The position numbers and the translations under genes were made by a program. A stretch of DNA of 63,706 bases, the filler included, from Lenisia limosa (Eukaryota; Protista; Breviatea): the NCBI GenBank assembly GCA_001655205.1. It is 13 parts of 13 records of this genome, joined end to end, with 100 filler letters (N's around TTAATTAATTAA, not from the genome) between each part and the next. Parts side by side here need not be neighbours in the genome. Positions count along the whole stretch, not along the records: positions 8,378 to 11,882 come from LPNZ01001242.1; positions 11,983 to 18,607 come from LPNZ01004851.1; positions 18,708 to 22,158 come from LPNZ01008064.1; positions 22,259 to 27,022 come from LPNZ01002972.1; 9 more parts are not named here. One strand, written 5' to 3'. The notes under the pieces were generated by a model. The model made no database searches, was not told the origin of the DNA, and saw only the letters and a list, made by a program, of their open reading frames with translations. Of this stretch, positions 10,432-23,209 are shown piece by piece (position 1 is the first letter of the stretch; every line of letters starts with the position of its first letter).

Positions 10432-11882
10432 AAGCGTAGGCATCATTGATTTTGACAAGGGCGGGGGACACGGTGTGTGTTGCGGCTCGTCGGGACTGCT
10501 TGTCAATAACCTGGGGGAGTAAAATTGGAAAATTTATGAAATCTGTTGGCTGACAACACATGGGGGTTGATTGATAACAACAAAATAAACATAGCTGGGG
10601 GGTTAAGTCAATGTGATGAATACAGGCCCATAGGCGCACGAATGCTTTGTAGGTGGACACAAGGTAGTCGTGGTCCTTCCGAAGAAGTGCAATTTGAATG
10701 GGGCACATTCCTATTAAGGTAAGTCAAATCACATACTCAATAAGTCAGCACATTCCAAAAAAGGTAAGTCAGGCCAACGGATACCTTCGCCATTTGCCAC
10801 CAGGAAATCCGCAGTGTAGTTGACCGCCTTTATGAGCCCCTCAAATCCCCGGGTGCTGAGTGGTCGCTGCGTGGGGGGGAGGGGGTGAATCACAATTTAT
10901 TCTATCAAAAATCTCAAATATCAACCGCATGCCCACCGCCTTGGCCTGGTGACATAGTAGCGTCTCGTTGGCAGCCTGAAGAAGCTGCAGCCAGAGAATG
11001 CGGAGAACGCGCGTCACTCCATCGTCAAAGTAAAGATATTCAGACTAAGCCGTCAATTGTAGACCATGTCCTTGCCCGCATGTTATCTCCGATCATTATT
11101 TCGATTCAGACGTCGCTGATACACCAGGGTTGCCAGCTTACGATATCTCCAAGAGCACTTTCCAGGAAGTCGAAGAGAACCTCAAGCCTCTCGAGAACCG
11201 GGCACTTGCCTTGCTTAGATCGGCACACCTGCTTCATCAAATTCGAACTTACAAAGATGCCATTATTTGAACTTGGTAGTATTGCCCTCTTTTTAGGACT
11301 ATGGAGTCTTACGCTTATGTTATAACAAGCCCCACGAACACTTTTTCCAAAAAGTCGGACCAAAGTTGACTTTCGAGCTCTGAACAAGGCAAATGCTGGG
11401 TGTTAAAGGGCACCATGGCCAATATAATTAGACAATAGTAGACAATTAAAGGTAGAAAAAAAGAGTATCTAGAAGGTATACAATACACACATGTACATCA
11501 TATGCATATGTAGAATGAGAAGAGACATTTGGGTATAGAGCTGATAAACAATGGATAAAATTGCTCTTGTCCCTACTTTTTCTAAACAAAGGAAGGAAGC
11601 CAGCAAGAAGATCCTCGACCCCTTTGTCCTGGAAGATGACTCAAACTGCCTTCTGTTCCAAAGACACAATATTTCGATTAAACATTTAAATAGATTATGT
11701 AAATACAATAAAACATCATCAAATCTGCTGCTCTGTTTACCCCCCCTCCCCGCACCAGTCTAGACCTGAGAGAACTGAGTCCGGTATTGGCACAGGACCT
11801 CACTTCAGCGGTGACAAAGAACTGCTGGAGGTCGTGTGGACTATTGACTTGAGCTCCGAAGTAGGCGCGTGCTTCAGCTGAG
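10432..11882 (-). CDS. Hypothetical protein, multi-exon, partial
   Basis: AG/GT-bounded exons SAEARAYFGAQVNSPHDLQQFFVTAEVRSC, VCRSKQGKCPVLERLEVLFDFLESALGDIVSWQP, RPLSTRGFEGLIKAVNYTADFLVANGE, IALLRKDHDYLVSTYKAF and VIDKQSRRAATHTVSPALVKINDAYAS. Confidence 0.6.
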
Positions 11883-11982
11883 NNNNNNNNNNNNNNNNNN
11901 NNNNNNNNNNNNNNNNNNNNNNNNNNTTAATTAATTAANNNNNNNNNNNNNNNNNNNNNNNNNNNNNNNNNNNNNNNNNNNN

Positions 11983-12110
11983 CGATGAAGAATATTGGCA
12001 TAAGTACTAATTACGAACCGAATAATCTGAAACTCCAAACAACCAAAAAACAAGCAATAACAAACACGAGCAACCAACGCTAAAACTAGACAAAAACCAG
12101 ATGGAAAAAA
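11983..12110 (+). repeat. Interspersed repeat family B (~300-bp consensus, AAAC-rich)
   Basis: Shared blocks cgatgaagaatattggc..gtactaat.acgaaccgaataatctgaaactccaaac, caacacacgagggttgataacaacaaaac and agtcgcttctgcagcactgcatcccatcactc recur at 1620-1762(-), 2370-2476, 3983-4101, 10540-10595, 19436-19460, 20680-20835, 21915-21965, 22259-22318, 38855-38903(-) and 58941-59045. Confidence 0.85.
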
Positions 12111-12239
12111 CACAAAACAAGCTTGAGCCAGCCTTTGAAGAGTCCCACCACCGCTCGATCACCTTAATAATAGGCATGATAGGGAGTAACCTTCCTGCCC
12201 AAGCCAACCAAGTGCCTTCCTGCCCAAGCCAACCAAGTG

Positions 12240-15200
12240 CCTTCCTAAAAGTCGGAAGCGGCCGGTTTTCCAGCTTCTGCTTCAGGGATTTCCTCTTCTT
12301 TTTCGGCAGGCGGCCGGATGTGCGATACTTCTTTTTGGGCGGGCCTTCAGATTGTTTTCTGGGGGGAGGGGGGGNNNNNNNNNNNNNNNNNNNNNNNNNN
12401 NNNNNNNNNNNNNNNNNNNNNNNNNNNNNNNNNNNNNNNNNNNNNNNNNNNNNNNNNNNNNNNNNNNNNNNNNNNNNNNNNNNNNNNNNNNNNNNNNNTA
12501 TCATCAAAAGATCAGTCAGAAACAATAGCAAGAAGAATAAATGGCCCACTTTTGGTCTTCTGCATAGTTGGCAATTGAGTCGGCAAGGCGAACCACCGGC
12601 GCTCTAGGCAGCTCTGCGGGGTGATGAATAGAATTTTTGTGAGTAAAACGGACATCCCCCCGAATAGATCCAATAATAATTATAAATAAACGACTCTACT
12701 ATGCCAAAATTTGAGACAAAAGGGTGTGAAACCAAGAGCCTGAACGGCGACTCAGTTTATACATACATATCATATATCGATATACAATACATGATATGCA
12801 TATGCGGCCGTTCAAAATTCTGGTTTTCGCTAATTCTGTTTTGTTCATAGTATAAATTGGAAATAGAACAATAATAAAAAAAAATCAAACAAAAAACACA
12901 ACAAAATGTTACTCATTTCTGTTTTACCATTTAGCGTTTGAAGCAATCATTTAACAGGTCACACCACCCACCGCCATTCTCTGTATCAACCATTTCGACG
13001 ACATCTTCATCACTATTTGGATCTTCGATCTGGCTTGGAGACCCCATGTCCTCAGCTCTAAGTCTGTGGGATTATTACAAAATTATGATCATAGATTGCC
13101 AGTATTCACCAAAAGCTTGATTTGATCATTGAAATGCTCAATAAAGCAGAGGTAAGGTTGAGGTGACAGTATATATAATATTTGCTGGGAAGGCACACAA
13201 AAAAATTATGTGAATTGTAAATGATTGGGTGAAATAATTTTACTAATACCAATATCCTTCTAAATATGATGATAAAGTTAACTTCGGCCGATTATGCCTT
13301 CTAAACATGATGATAAAGACAACTTCGGCCCGATTATGCCTTTTCATACCACCTTTTATGCCTCACTCTAAATATGATGTGATGTGGAGGTTCAAACAGC
13401 TGTTACAAACTGCAACTCCTGAAATAACTGCAACTACTAACTGATAGAAGAAGCCAACCCGAAAAGGCGCCAGTTAGGTGGAGGGAGTCTCCGGGGCAAC
13501 TCATCGGAATAGGCCGTGACAGCTACATCAATCTGGCACATCTAGCAAGTATCAGGAAAATACTAATACCTTGGGGACAGTTTCCCTACTGTCGGGACTT
13601 GACCATAGTTTGTTGAAATTGTATTCTCCAATTTCCCGCAAAATTCCTTGACACTCCATATCGATAGAAATATCTGATTTAATATAATATGTTAGGGCTC
13701 CGTGCAATTCATTTTTGAGGAAATTAAATGACAAAATTAGAAAATAAAATGTCTAGGAAGGTTCTCGTTACAATATATGTCCCATTCAAATTTTGAAATT
13801 AATTTTTCAATTATTTGTACGGAGCCCTAATATATATATATACATGTATGTACATGTACATATATGATATGTACTAGATGATATAGTATATTATATGTTA
13901 TCAGAAATCATTCTATCTGCTGAATCTCTCGACATATTTCGATTACATTTCATTCTCGATTCTCCTACCAATAATTGGATCTTTCGCGAGAGATTGAGGG
14001 CAATCGGCAAAAGAAGCAGCCCGACAACCTGAGAGTTAGACCTGTAATGAGGGTCTGAAATCAAGACAAAGAAGGAGGGACACAAATCAAGACAAAGAAG
14101 GAGGACTACAAATCAAGACAAAGAAGGAGGGACACAAATGGGGATTTCAAATAAAGTTTCTCATGAAGCATCAACAAAGACCAGCTCACCATCCACATCG
14201 CCAGATACTCCCACTCATAGAAGTACTTAATCCAGGGGCCAAAATCCTCTTTAGGCCCGAACATTGAATGGTTGTCTGCAATCATCTAAACATGTTAGAA
14301 CATTCAATGGCTGCTAAGTAGCTGAAAGGTGGATTATGATGAGCAAAGGACTACAGTTTTATGCATTGTGGGGTTTTGCCTTATATGGTAATACACACAT
14401 GTAAGTATATGATATGACGAGATATATGGAAAACAAAGGGAGTATTCAACGTTGACAGTGTTCAATTAATTAACAGGAACCCATGCCAACTCTTCTTGGA
14501 ATGCCATGAATCAAATAGACAACCACTTGGTGCAAGGCCCCCACAAGAGACACGTATATCACTGACAGAAGTAGTTTGACTGGCACCCAGAATACTAAAC
14601 TGGTGACAAAATGAAATCATTTGATGTGATGGGCAAAACATTATGTGATAGGTATACATAGGAGCAAAATGGGAAAATCATAGTTTCATATTATGAAATA
14701 CTCAGAGAAAAATATCACATGCAATACATTTATTGGGATATCACTAAAATATTAGAATATAGTACATAGTTTGTTGCATCGTATGATATATCAATTAAAA
14801 TGTAAAAGTAAACCTTAAAAACTTGTTCAAGACCTAACCCGATCCTAATACCAATACCCCCCACATATAAACCACAAAGTGGAGGGGGCAACTGCTTGTT
14901 CGTACAGTGACCAGGTTTTAGTCGGACGAAGACCGTGTACTACACGGGAGGTTAATAGACATGTTTTTTCAGATTGTGTCTGATTCACATCATCATGTTT
15001 ATACAGATTGTATCAAGCCATGTATTCATTCGAATCTAAGATATATGATATATATTATATAGGATATCCTATATTATATGATATGTATATGTATATGATA
15101 TATATTATATAGCTATATGATATGTATGTATCAAATATTTAAAAAAGCGTTCGCGGTTATGTGAGTGTTCGCGGTTGTGTTAAGTGACCTATATAATATA

Positions 15201-16430
15201 TGATATAATATACTTTTTCTTGTTGTTTCACCATGACCATCCCCATACGCCTAATGGGTTTCACCATGACCACGGGGGTGCTATCAAGGAACGGTAAGGG
15301 AGTCATGTTCTTTAATTCTTCAGCACCGCCAAAAAATCGCGAGCAGTAAAACAGGCCTTGGCCTGGAGGATGAGAGGATACAATTTATTTCTGATATAAT
15401 AGGAACAACTACCGGATATCACACCATCTTGGGCTTCATTTCGGTCCAAACAGGATTCACTGAAAAGTATCGATAAATCCTCGATACTACTGAAAATCTG
15501 TCGGTCTTTTCCGAGCATGAAGTCCAAATATTCAGTAATGTAAGTCATTTAGGTTATGGGACTACAATTCAGTCTAACAATCGGTGTTGTGAAGACCATA
15601 TTGCCTGGAATTGACCAGAGAATTGTGTAGGTATGACGAACTGTCCCGCCTACTTCCGTATCTATTGCACCATGACGCTATAATAACAACTGAAATGGTC
15701 AGAAAAAGCAACAATAACCCTCTCCGAAAAAACAGCTCCTTTTGAAATATATGGCAAAAAAAAAAATGAAATGTATATCACATGTCATAAAAGCGATCAA
15801 AAATAGCAAGAGAGAAAGTACTGAAGAGTCTAAGCCCTTTATGTGTACGAAGCAACGCAGAATATACCCCGTATATCCCTATTTAGTGTATTGTCTTGAT
15901 CCAAAAAATGCACCTCTCACAGGGGAAGAAGAGGAGCGTCCAGGAAAAGACAACCGTCAAAACTACATTGGTAATTTGGAAGACTTCGCTACGGTCCAAA
16001 AAGAACGGTTTAATTTTTGGATTAATTGAGAATTTATCGAGAGATTCAGTCTTTTTGGGACTGAGGTATCAAAATGGTGCAATAATAAAAAAGTGTGTAA
16101 TTATGTACATGTACATGTATACATACATAAAAGGTATGTACAATATATTATACCTGAAAATGATTAAATGTTGGATTCAGCAATACAGCTGAAATACATT
16201 ACTTGTAGAAAGATCACAATTATAATTTGGCAACAACTATTAAAAAAAAGGGTGTGATAAATTCGATACCTCAAAGACAAGCCTCCTCACTATAAAAGAC
16301 GAGAACCAAAGAAAAGATAACACTGGCGTACACCACGTCCAGTACAGCGTGTATGAGAACGAGCCAACTGCGGCCGTCCCGAATTGCCGCAATGTATTTC
16401 ATAGCTCACGCCTGGGCAGGACTGTGACTG
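12240..16430 (-). CDS. Hypothetical multi-pass membrane protein with an acidic/basic C-terminal tail
   Basis: Hydrophobic exons VLTVVFSWTLLFFP, MIADNHSMFGPKEDFGPWIKYFYEWEYLAMWM and VVGLLLLPIALNLSRKIQLL, followed by acidic (EDPNSDEDVVE) and basic (KKKYRTSGRLPKKKRK) exons, all with canonical splice sites. Confidence 0.55.
13693..13829. mobile_element. MITE family D, best-preserved copy
   Basis: 15-bp TIRs tagggctccgtgcaa / ttgtacggagcccta with one mismatch, around an AT-rich core. Confidence 0.85.
14058..14138. repeat. 26-bp tandem repeat x3 (aaatcaagacaaagaaggagggacac)
   Basis: Visible directly; intronic. Confidence 0.9.
15430..15527. mobile_element. MITE family A copy, degenerate
   Basis: tgggcttcatttcggtcc ... 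atcgataaatcctcgata ... ggtcttttccgagcatgaagtccaa. Confidence 0.65.
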
Positions 16431-17427
16431 ACGTGTTTGTTGATATGTTATATGCAGATATGAGGAATGAAAACGAAATTATCTGGTCGAAGCTTGTACC
16501 ATTTTAATATGAAAGATAAGTGTGAAGGACCTCGAACAACTTTTATCCTAACTAACCTCTTTTGATTTACATTGGCCTTTTCAATTCGTTTGGATTGAGA
16601 ATTGAAGGGGTTTGTGAGAGAAAAAGTCCGGTGAAAGAGGTCCAACAAGCAGGGCAACTAAGACTTGACTGTGACACCTTTACGGTTAGTAAGACATGAA
16701 TAGAATTGTTGGGGAAAAGAAGGATGAAGAATGAGGATATTGAGCTCAAAAATAAGTTGATTCACCCGATCTTCTTGCTTTCTGCTTACAAAGCTATTGT
16801 GAGAAAGTGAAAGCCGGCAAAACAATCCCCCAAAGTGAGGGCCAAAAGCAAAAAACAAAGGGATGTGTAAACTGAGATAAACAAATATCCATAGGCCATG
16901 TAATCTTATACATTAAAAGAAGAAACAACCAACAACCAAATAAATAAACCCACTAGAGCAAGATGAGCGGGAGGAAAAGCCAACGGAATGATGGTGGGAT
17001 TTTGCGGGGCTTACTAATAAGAGTCGGACTGAGAAACAGAGTTGGAGTTACAGATTCCAAGGATGTGTAAATGCAACTTGGAAAGGCCACCTGATGAGGG
17101 AAGATCTTCTTCGTTTCTGCTTTTCCGTTCACTATATCTTTTTTTATTTCACACAGCACACAGAACTCAATAAGAGTGGAAGAGAGGGAAAGAGCAGGGA
17201 AAGAGAGGGTGGTTTTTTCCAAAGGTTGGACCCGTGTTTATATCCCTTGTCTCAATTCGCTCGCTCTTTCACCGTCTTTCTCTCAACCATATTGTGTGTA
17301 TATAATTGAAATAAAGAAATAAAAGTAGTATAGAGCTGCGGTAGAGCCAGATTAGTACACAGCTGACAGTTATTGTGGCGAGATATATTTCCTTGGTCAT
17401 ACAATGCGATAAACGAGGAGCCCAACA

Positions 17428-18600
17428 TGAGTGTCCCTCCTGAAGAAGAAGACACGAGGGAGATCATCCATGGCCTTGCTGCCAACGGTAAGACCAGTTG
17501 CCTTCCTGACCCCCCAGCCGAAACTCCCCCTGCTCATCGTGTCCCTGCTCCTTACCAAGTCACTCCAAGCTCCGTTGAGAACTTCCATCACAGTAAGCAA
17601 GAAGGAAGCTTAGTTGACGGTTTAGGAAATCCGAATGGCGAAGCAGAGACTCCGAGGGAGTACATTCGCCAGCTTGGCGAGGAAGGTTGGCATGGGGGTG
17701 GTTTTCAACGTTACTAACGGTTTTCGAATCAGGTTTCCTTTGGTTTGATCAATGCACAGTTGAGAGATGAGAATCACTTGGAATGTTGATTGCTTTCAAT
17801 ATAAATATCTTCTCATATCATATTACCATCGTCGTCATCTTCCACCATCATCACCATCACCATCAACCACCATCTTCACCATCACCATCAATCACCATCT
17901 TCAGGACCAACACCTCCTGCCCATCGGATTGCTGCTCCCGTAGACCTCACACCAATCAGCCAAATCAACTCGAAACGTGGGGGTGGAGGGTGGAGTAATT
18001 TGACAGTCTTTTGGAGTTGGAAAAAAACAGTGGAAGGGGGGGTTCTTTTGTCGCTTTTGCTCACCAAATTCTCGATAAATTGGGAATCTTTTCAGAACTG
18101 CAGTGAAGCTCTAACCTTTCAAATGCTGTGAATAACTAATAGCAGTATCGATGTTCATTATATCTTCGGTCTTAAAGTTACCCGCAATTGCGTGTGCGAG
18201 AACAAAATCACTTTTTTAAAAATAATTTTCTTGAAATTTTTGTTTTTTTTGGTACCTAAGCTCTTGTCTCAATTGGGATAATATTAAGTGTGAAACACTT
18301 TGTGAATATTCATATCATCTATTATCAAGAGCCTTGCTTTGTCCTCATGCCAGGATAAAGTTAGTCATCATATATAATCAAGAGCCTTGATTTGTCCTAA
18401 TGCCAGGATAAAGTTAGTCATCATATATTATCAAGAGCCTTGCTTTGTCCTAATGCCGGATAAATTTAGTCTTTTTGGGTTTTGAAGTCTTTGTTTCCTG
18501 AGATTTATATTTACGCCATAGGGGCTCGTCGTGATGGACCTCTGGGACCCCATGAGTTGATCAACGTATTGGCGCAGGAAGGTTGGATATCGGCTTCTAA
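17428..18600 (+). CDS. Hypothetical protein with an internally duplicated module, 5' part
   Basis: MSVPPEEEDTREIIHGLAAN..., TPPAHRVPAPY / TPPAHRIAAPV and PREYIRQLGEEGW / PHELINVLAQEGW lie in separate exons. Confidence 0.55.
18314..18471. repeat. ~56-bp tandem repeat x3
   Basis: Unit tatcaagagccttgctttgtcctaatgccaggataaagttagtcatcatatat. Confidence 0.9.
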
Positions 18601-18707
18601 GGGGGGANNNNNNNNNNNNNNNNNNNNNNNNNNNNNNNNNNNNNNNNNNNNTTAATTAATTAANNNNNNNNNNNNNNNNNNNNNNNNNNNNNNNNNNNNN
18701 NNNNNNN

Positions 18708-21700
18708 AAACCCTTCAGAGCCGATTGTTGCAGTGTAGACCTCGTCATCACGGATTTTCGGCAGGAAGTCTCCCCACTTGGTTTGGAAGGTGATTTCGCC
18801 CTCCTCAACCTGGTCCGTTATTACCATATAAAGAAATAAGAACTCATAAGGTTTCAGGAGTTCGAATATCATCGTACAAAGTCCTAACTATATATCAGTA
18901 TATCTAGGACCAGAAAGGGGGTGGTATGAACATCATAATTAGGGCTTCCCTACGATCCTAAAAAGACCGATAAAATATCGATATTTATGGAGGATTTATC
19001 GAGAAATTCAGTCTTTTTTGGGACAGTGAAGCACTAGTTCCCAGAAAGCATCAGGGCCCGCCAACCTTCTTCTTCAGGAATGTTCTGAAGGCCTCGCGTG
19101 ACTTGCGCTCTTGGCGCCGGCGTGACAAGCGCTCCATCTGTCGCTCCTCCTCCTCAGCAAGTTCAAGTTCTAGAGGGGTGGTGAGGAAAATGGCATGTTA
19201 TGGTTAGGGGGTGACAATAAAGGTACTTATGGTCCCGGGGGGAGAGGGGAGGGGGGTATAAAAATGGGAGTATCACCTTTGATAAAGCCCTCTGCACCAA
19301 CCTTTGATATAGTCCTGGAACACTTGGAACTGGTCGACTTTGTCTAACACAATGAAGGCAGGTTCATTCTCCAGGGCTTCCTTGACCTGGCGTGGGGGGT
19401 AAAACAAAGGCAATTTATGAAACAACAATCAAATATGTTAGCAACACACGAGGGTTGAGAAATATATAATATTATACCAAAAATACTCTATATCGATATA
19501 CTAAATACTATATATATCAAGATACCTAAAACTCGTTGCTAAAAGTCGACACCCCACCCCAAAAAGAATGAATTTCCCAGATATAGCCTTAAATATCGAT
19601 ATTTTGACGGGTTTTTTGGAATCGTAGAAGCCCTATCCATCATACTCCAATCCCCCCACCTTCCTCCACTGTGAAGTGACAACAACCTTGACAGGAGTGC
19701 CCTTCCTCATGACATCCTTGAGGGCCTCCATTCGACTGCGGCGCTGGTCACGCTTGGTTTCCTGCGGGGGGATTAGGGAGAATTGATGCTTGGTCAAGTT
19801 AAAATGAAAACTGTTGTGCGAAATAATATATTTTTATCTTTTGAAATCAAAAATTAGGTTGTATCTGGCCTAAGCCTTCTAATAATAGTAATAATAATAT
19901 CAAAATCCTANNNNNNNNNNNNNNNNNNNNNNNNNNNNNNNNNNNNNNNNNNNNNNNNNNNNNNNNNNNNNNNNNNNNNNNNNNNNNNNNNNNNNNNNNN
20001 NNNNNNNNNNNNNNNNNNNNNNNGTCTTCTCTGTCCCTGTTGCTTTCCACTGCGTCGAAACGAGTGTCACCGACACACAAAAGCTCCAACTTCCTAAGGG
20101 GAATTAGTGGGGAACTTGAAAGTTCTAGGAAAAGAGCAGAAATGTTGAAAACACGAAGCAATGGATCAATGAACAAAGCTGTTACACCCCCCCACCCCCC
20201 ACCCCTCCAACCTGAAACGAGTGTCAATGGTGATAGCTGGCTGGTCCTTGAGCATGAGAATGAACTCCTCTCGGGCCTTCTTGGACGCCAGTCGCCTCTC
20301 CTCCTTCTCTTCGCGCTTCCGGACGTCTACGTACTCGTGGAAGGCCGCCTTGCGCTCTCCAAGGGTCTTGAGGGCAAGGTACCTGGGGAGTAATTGACGC
20401 TTAACATGATCCGGCGGTTGAGCTGTAAACAATGATAAAAAAAAAAAGGGGGGGGGGGANNNNNNNNNNNNNNNNNNNNNNNNNNNNNNNNNNNNNNNNN
20501 NNNNNNNNNNNNNNNNNNNNNNNNNNNNNNNNNNNNNNNNNNNNNNNNNNNNNNNNNNNNNNNNNNNNNNNNNNNNNNNNNNNNNNNNNNNNNNNNNNNN
20601 NNNNNNNNNNNNNNNNNNNNNNNNNNNNNNNNNNNNNNNNNNNNNNNNNNNNNNNNNNNNNNNNNNNNNNNNNNNNNNGATCACGAATCGAATAATCTAA
20701 AACACCAAACAGACAACAAGCAATAACAAACACGGGTAAAACAAAGAAAATTTCGATGAGGTATAAAGATGAAAAATTTGTGAAACAAATAAGCCCAGGA
20801 GCAACATTTTTGGTTAGAGCGCATCCCATCATTCTAGCGTAATGAGGCTGGAATGGATAAGAATGGAGGAGTAAGACATGCAAGACGGTTGCCCCCCCCC
20901 CTTTTACTTTGCAATGTTACCNNNNNNNNNNNNNNNNNNNNNNNNNNNNNNNNNNNNNNNNNNNNNNNNNNNNNNNNNNNNNNNNNNNNNNNNNNNNNNN
21001 NTGACCCACTGTCTTACCTTGGACTATTGATGATCTTCTTCATGACGTCATTCCATGACATATCCGAGTTCACATCTGAATAGTTTAAAAAAAAAAAGAA
21101 AGAAAAAAAAAAGGGGGGGAGGGGGGACCCCATTTCTGTGGGTGGTCGCTTTCTTATGCAGTCAACTGCGTAATTACCTTTGAGCAAGATGGAAGGAATT
21201 TTTACAATATTATATTATACTCTCTGTCTCCATCCCCTTTCTGTATCATTAAGCTTTGTTCTTCATCATATACAAGCTTTACACATGTTCAACAGGGATA
21301 AGTCTTGACCGACTTTCCTTTTGAAATCATATAGAAAATCGGTCAAGACTTATCCCGGTCACCGGTCAACATTACTGAAACACAATATATGCCAGTGGCA
21401 CGACACACAACACCCCTCGCCACTAACTTGAGTCCTTGAGAAGGGACTTGAAGGCGACAATAGCTTCCTTCTTAGTAGCATACTCCACGGGCTTAGGGGC
21501 CTGTAACGTCAATGGTTTCGAGAAACACAAGTTAGTAGTTTAGCAATTCGGCTGTAAGAAACATGTTGTGATTCTAACTGCTGCTGAGTCATCACCACCC
21601 CCCCTCCCAAACACTTCATTGCCTCACTCCCCTCCCCCGCTCACCTATATGCATTAGCCTACTTTCAAAAGAGACCCCCTCCCGCACCTCAGCAAGCTTA

Positions 21701-22158
21701 ACTGGCTCCACCACGGGCTTGGGCTTGGCCTCAACCGCAATAGACAACGGGGTGACCGCGGGCGGCGCTTTGACGACTGTCGGGACGGCTGTGGGGGTCT
21801 TAGCTGCGACAGCGGAGGCAGCTGCGGGGGACTGGGCGAGGGGCTTGGATTGGACCTGGCGAAGGGGGGGGGGTGATAAACGAAGGAAACTTTTTGTGGA
21901 AAGCACAACGATTGAAAACAACAAAACAAACAAAGCCCCAGCCAGTCGCTTCTACAGCACCACGCGCGCGGGGTGGGGTAAAAGGGAAACGAAGACAACT
22001 ATACTTCTAACAAGAAAAAAAGTCACACATACATGAGAGGGCAAAGCCGCATTATTGAGAACGGGTTGGGCAACAACGGGCTTAGTAAGAACCTGGGGGA
22101 TCTGGGGGATCATGGTTGGCGGAGGGATGGACATAGGAGGTGCTACGGCGGCGACGGT
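18708..22158 (-). CDS. PRP40: Pre-mRNA-processing factor 40 (FF-domain region), multi-exon, both ends missing
   Basis: Exons [56 protein letters not shown]...[54 protein letters not shown] and [22 protein letters not shown] give the PRP40/PRPF40A FF-repeat series. Confidence 0.92.
18940..19036. mobile_element. MITE family A copy with mixed TIR subtypes
   Basis: Left TIR is the ccctacgatcc type; right TIR is the gtgaagcacta type. Lies in a PRP40 intron. Confidence 0.8.
21295..21356. repeat. Palindromic mini-element family E (~62 bp)
   Basis: Perfect 18-bp inverted repeat gggataagtcttgaccga / tcggtcaagacttatccc; a second copy lies at 26828-26889. Confidence 0.8.
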
Positions 22159-22885
22159 NNNNNNNNNNNNNNNNNNNNNNNNNNNNNNNNNNNNNNNNNN
22201 NNTTAATTAATTAANNNNNNNNNNNNNNNNNNNNNNNNNNNNNNNNNNNNNNNNNNNNAGGGTTGATAACAACAAAACCAGTCGCTTCTGCAGCACCGTA
22301 TCCCATCACTCGTGGGGGGTCAAAGAAAACTGAAGTGCAGTGCACGAGGGTCAAAATGTAACTTCTGACAATTTCGAAGCCTCACCTGTTGGTACTGTGT
22401 CGGTTCATTTTGTAATACTACAAAGTTATAAGTTACACGAAAAATTGCAAGTCAGTCTCACAGATGATGTCGGGACCGTAGGTATAAAACACGTTGGCAA
22501 GGTGCTTTAACGGAACTCTCTCTAAAAGGTCATTTCAACTATCTCTAAAGCTTCAAAAGGGGAATTGAATAACATGTTGAAAAAAACGCTGATTACATAA
22601 TAGAGTTTCTCATGAAACACCACTTTTTAGAATGTTAAGCCCTTCACCACTATAATTCATAGCCACTTCACCCCGCGAACCTCTGAGTCCTTTCCTCACT
22701 ATTATCGAGAGGCGACAAATCCTCCAGACATACTGCAGAACTGTCCCAAAACAGCCAACCGTTGCAAGCAGTGCAAACATACCCGCAAAAAACTAAAGAT
22801 GTGACATGGTATTTGAAGGCAATAGTCGCACTCTTCGGGAAAAGCAGGAAAACACCCAAGATAGAAGGAACAACACAATTTGTGA

Positions 22886-22966
22886 TATGCCCCACAAACC
22901 ACCAAGTTCACTATGCCCCACAAACCACCAAGGTCACTATGCCCCACAAACCACCAAGGTCACTAT
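22886..22966. repeat. 26-bp tandem repeat x3 (tatgccccacaaaccaccaaggtcac)
   Basis: Visible directly. Confidence 0.9.
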
Positions 22967-23209
22967 AACATAATACTGAGAATTTTCCAGATCTCCATCA
23001 CCCAAAGATGGAATTTCAAACTAAAGCGTTACAAACAGAGTAATGAACATCCTCTTTTTTTATATGAATGGATTATGGTGATAAATAAAATCGACAATAT
23101 AGATGAGATCTAGAGAAAACTCATTTTTTATCTGCAGGTGCCAATCGAGTCTGTTTCTTGGGTGAATATACCCCCAGATTATTGATGCATTAAAGTTCAA
23201 AATTCAAGT

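Noticed and set aside
11983-12000. 5.8S rRNA start (CGATGAAGAA) at the head of family B
   Set aside because: Only about 10 nt match; what follows is unrelated to 5.8S rRNA.
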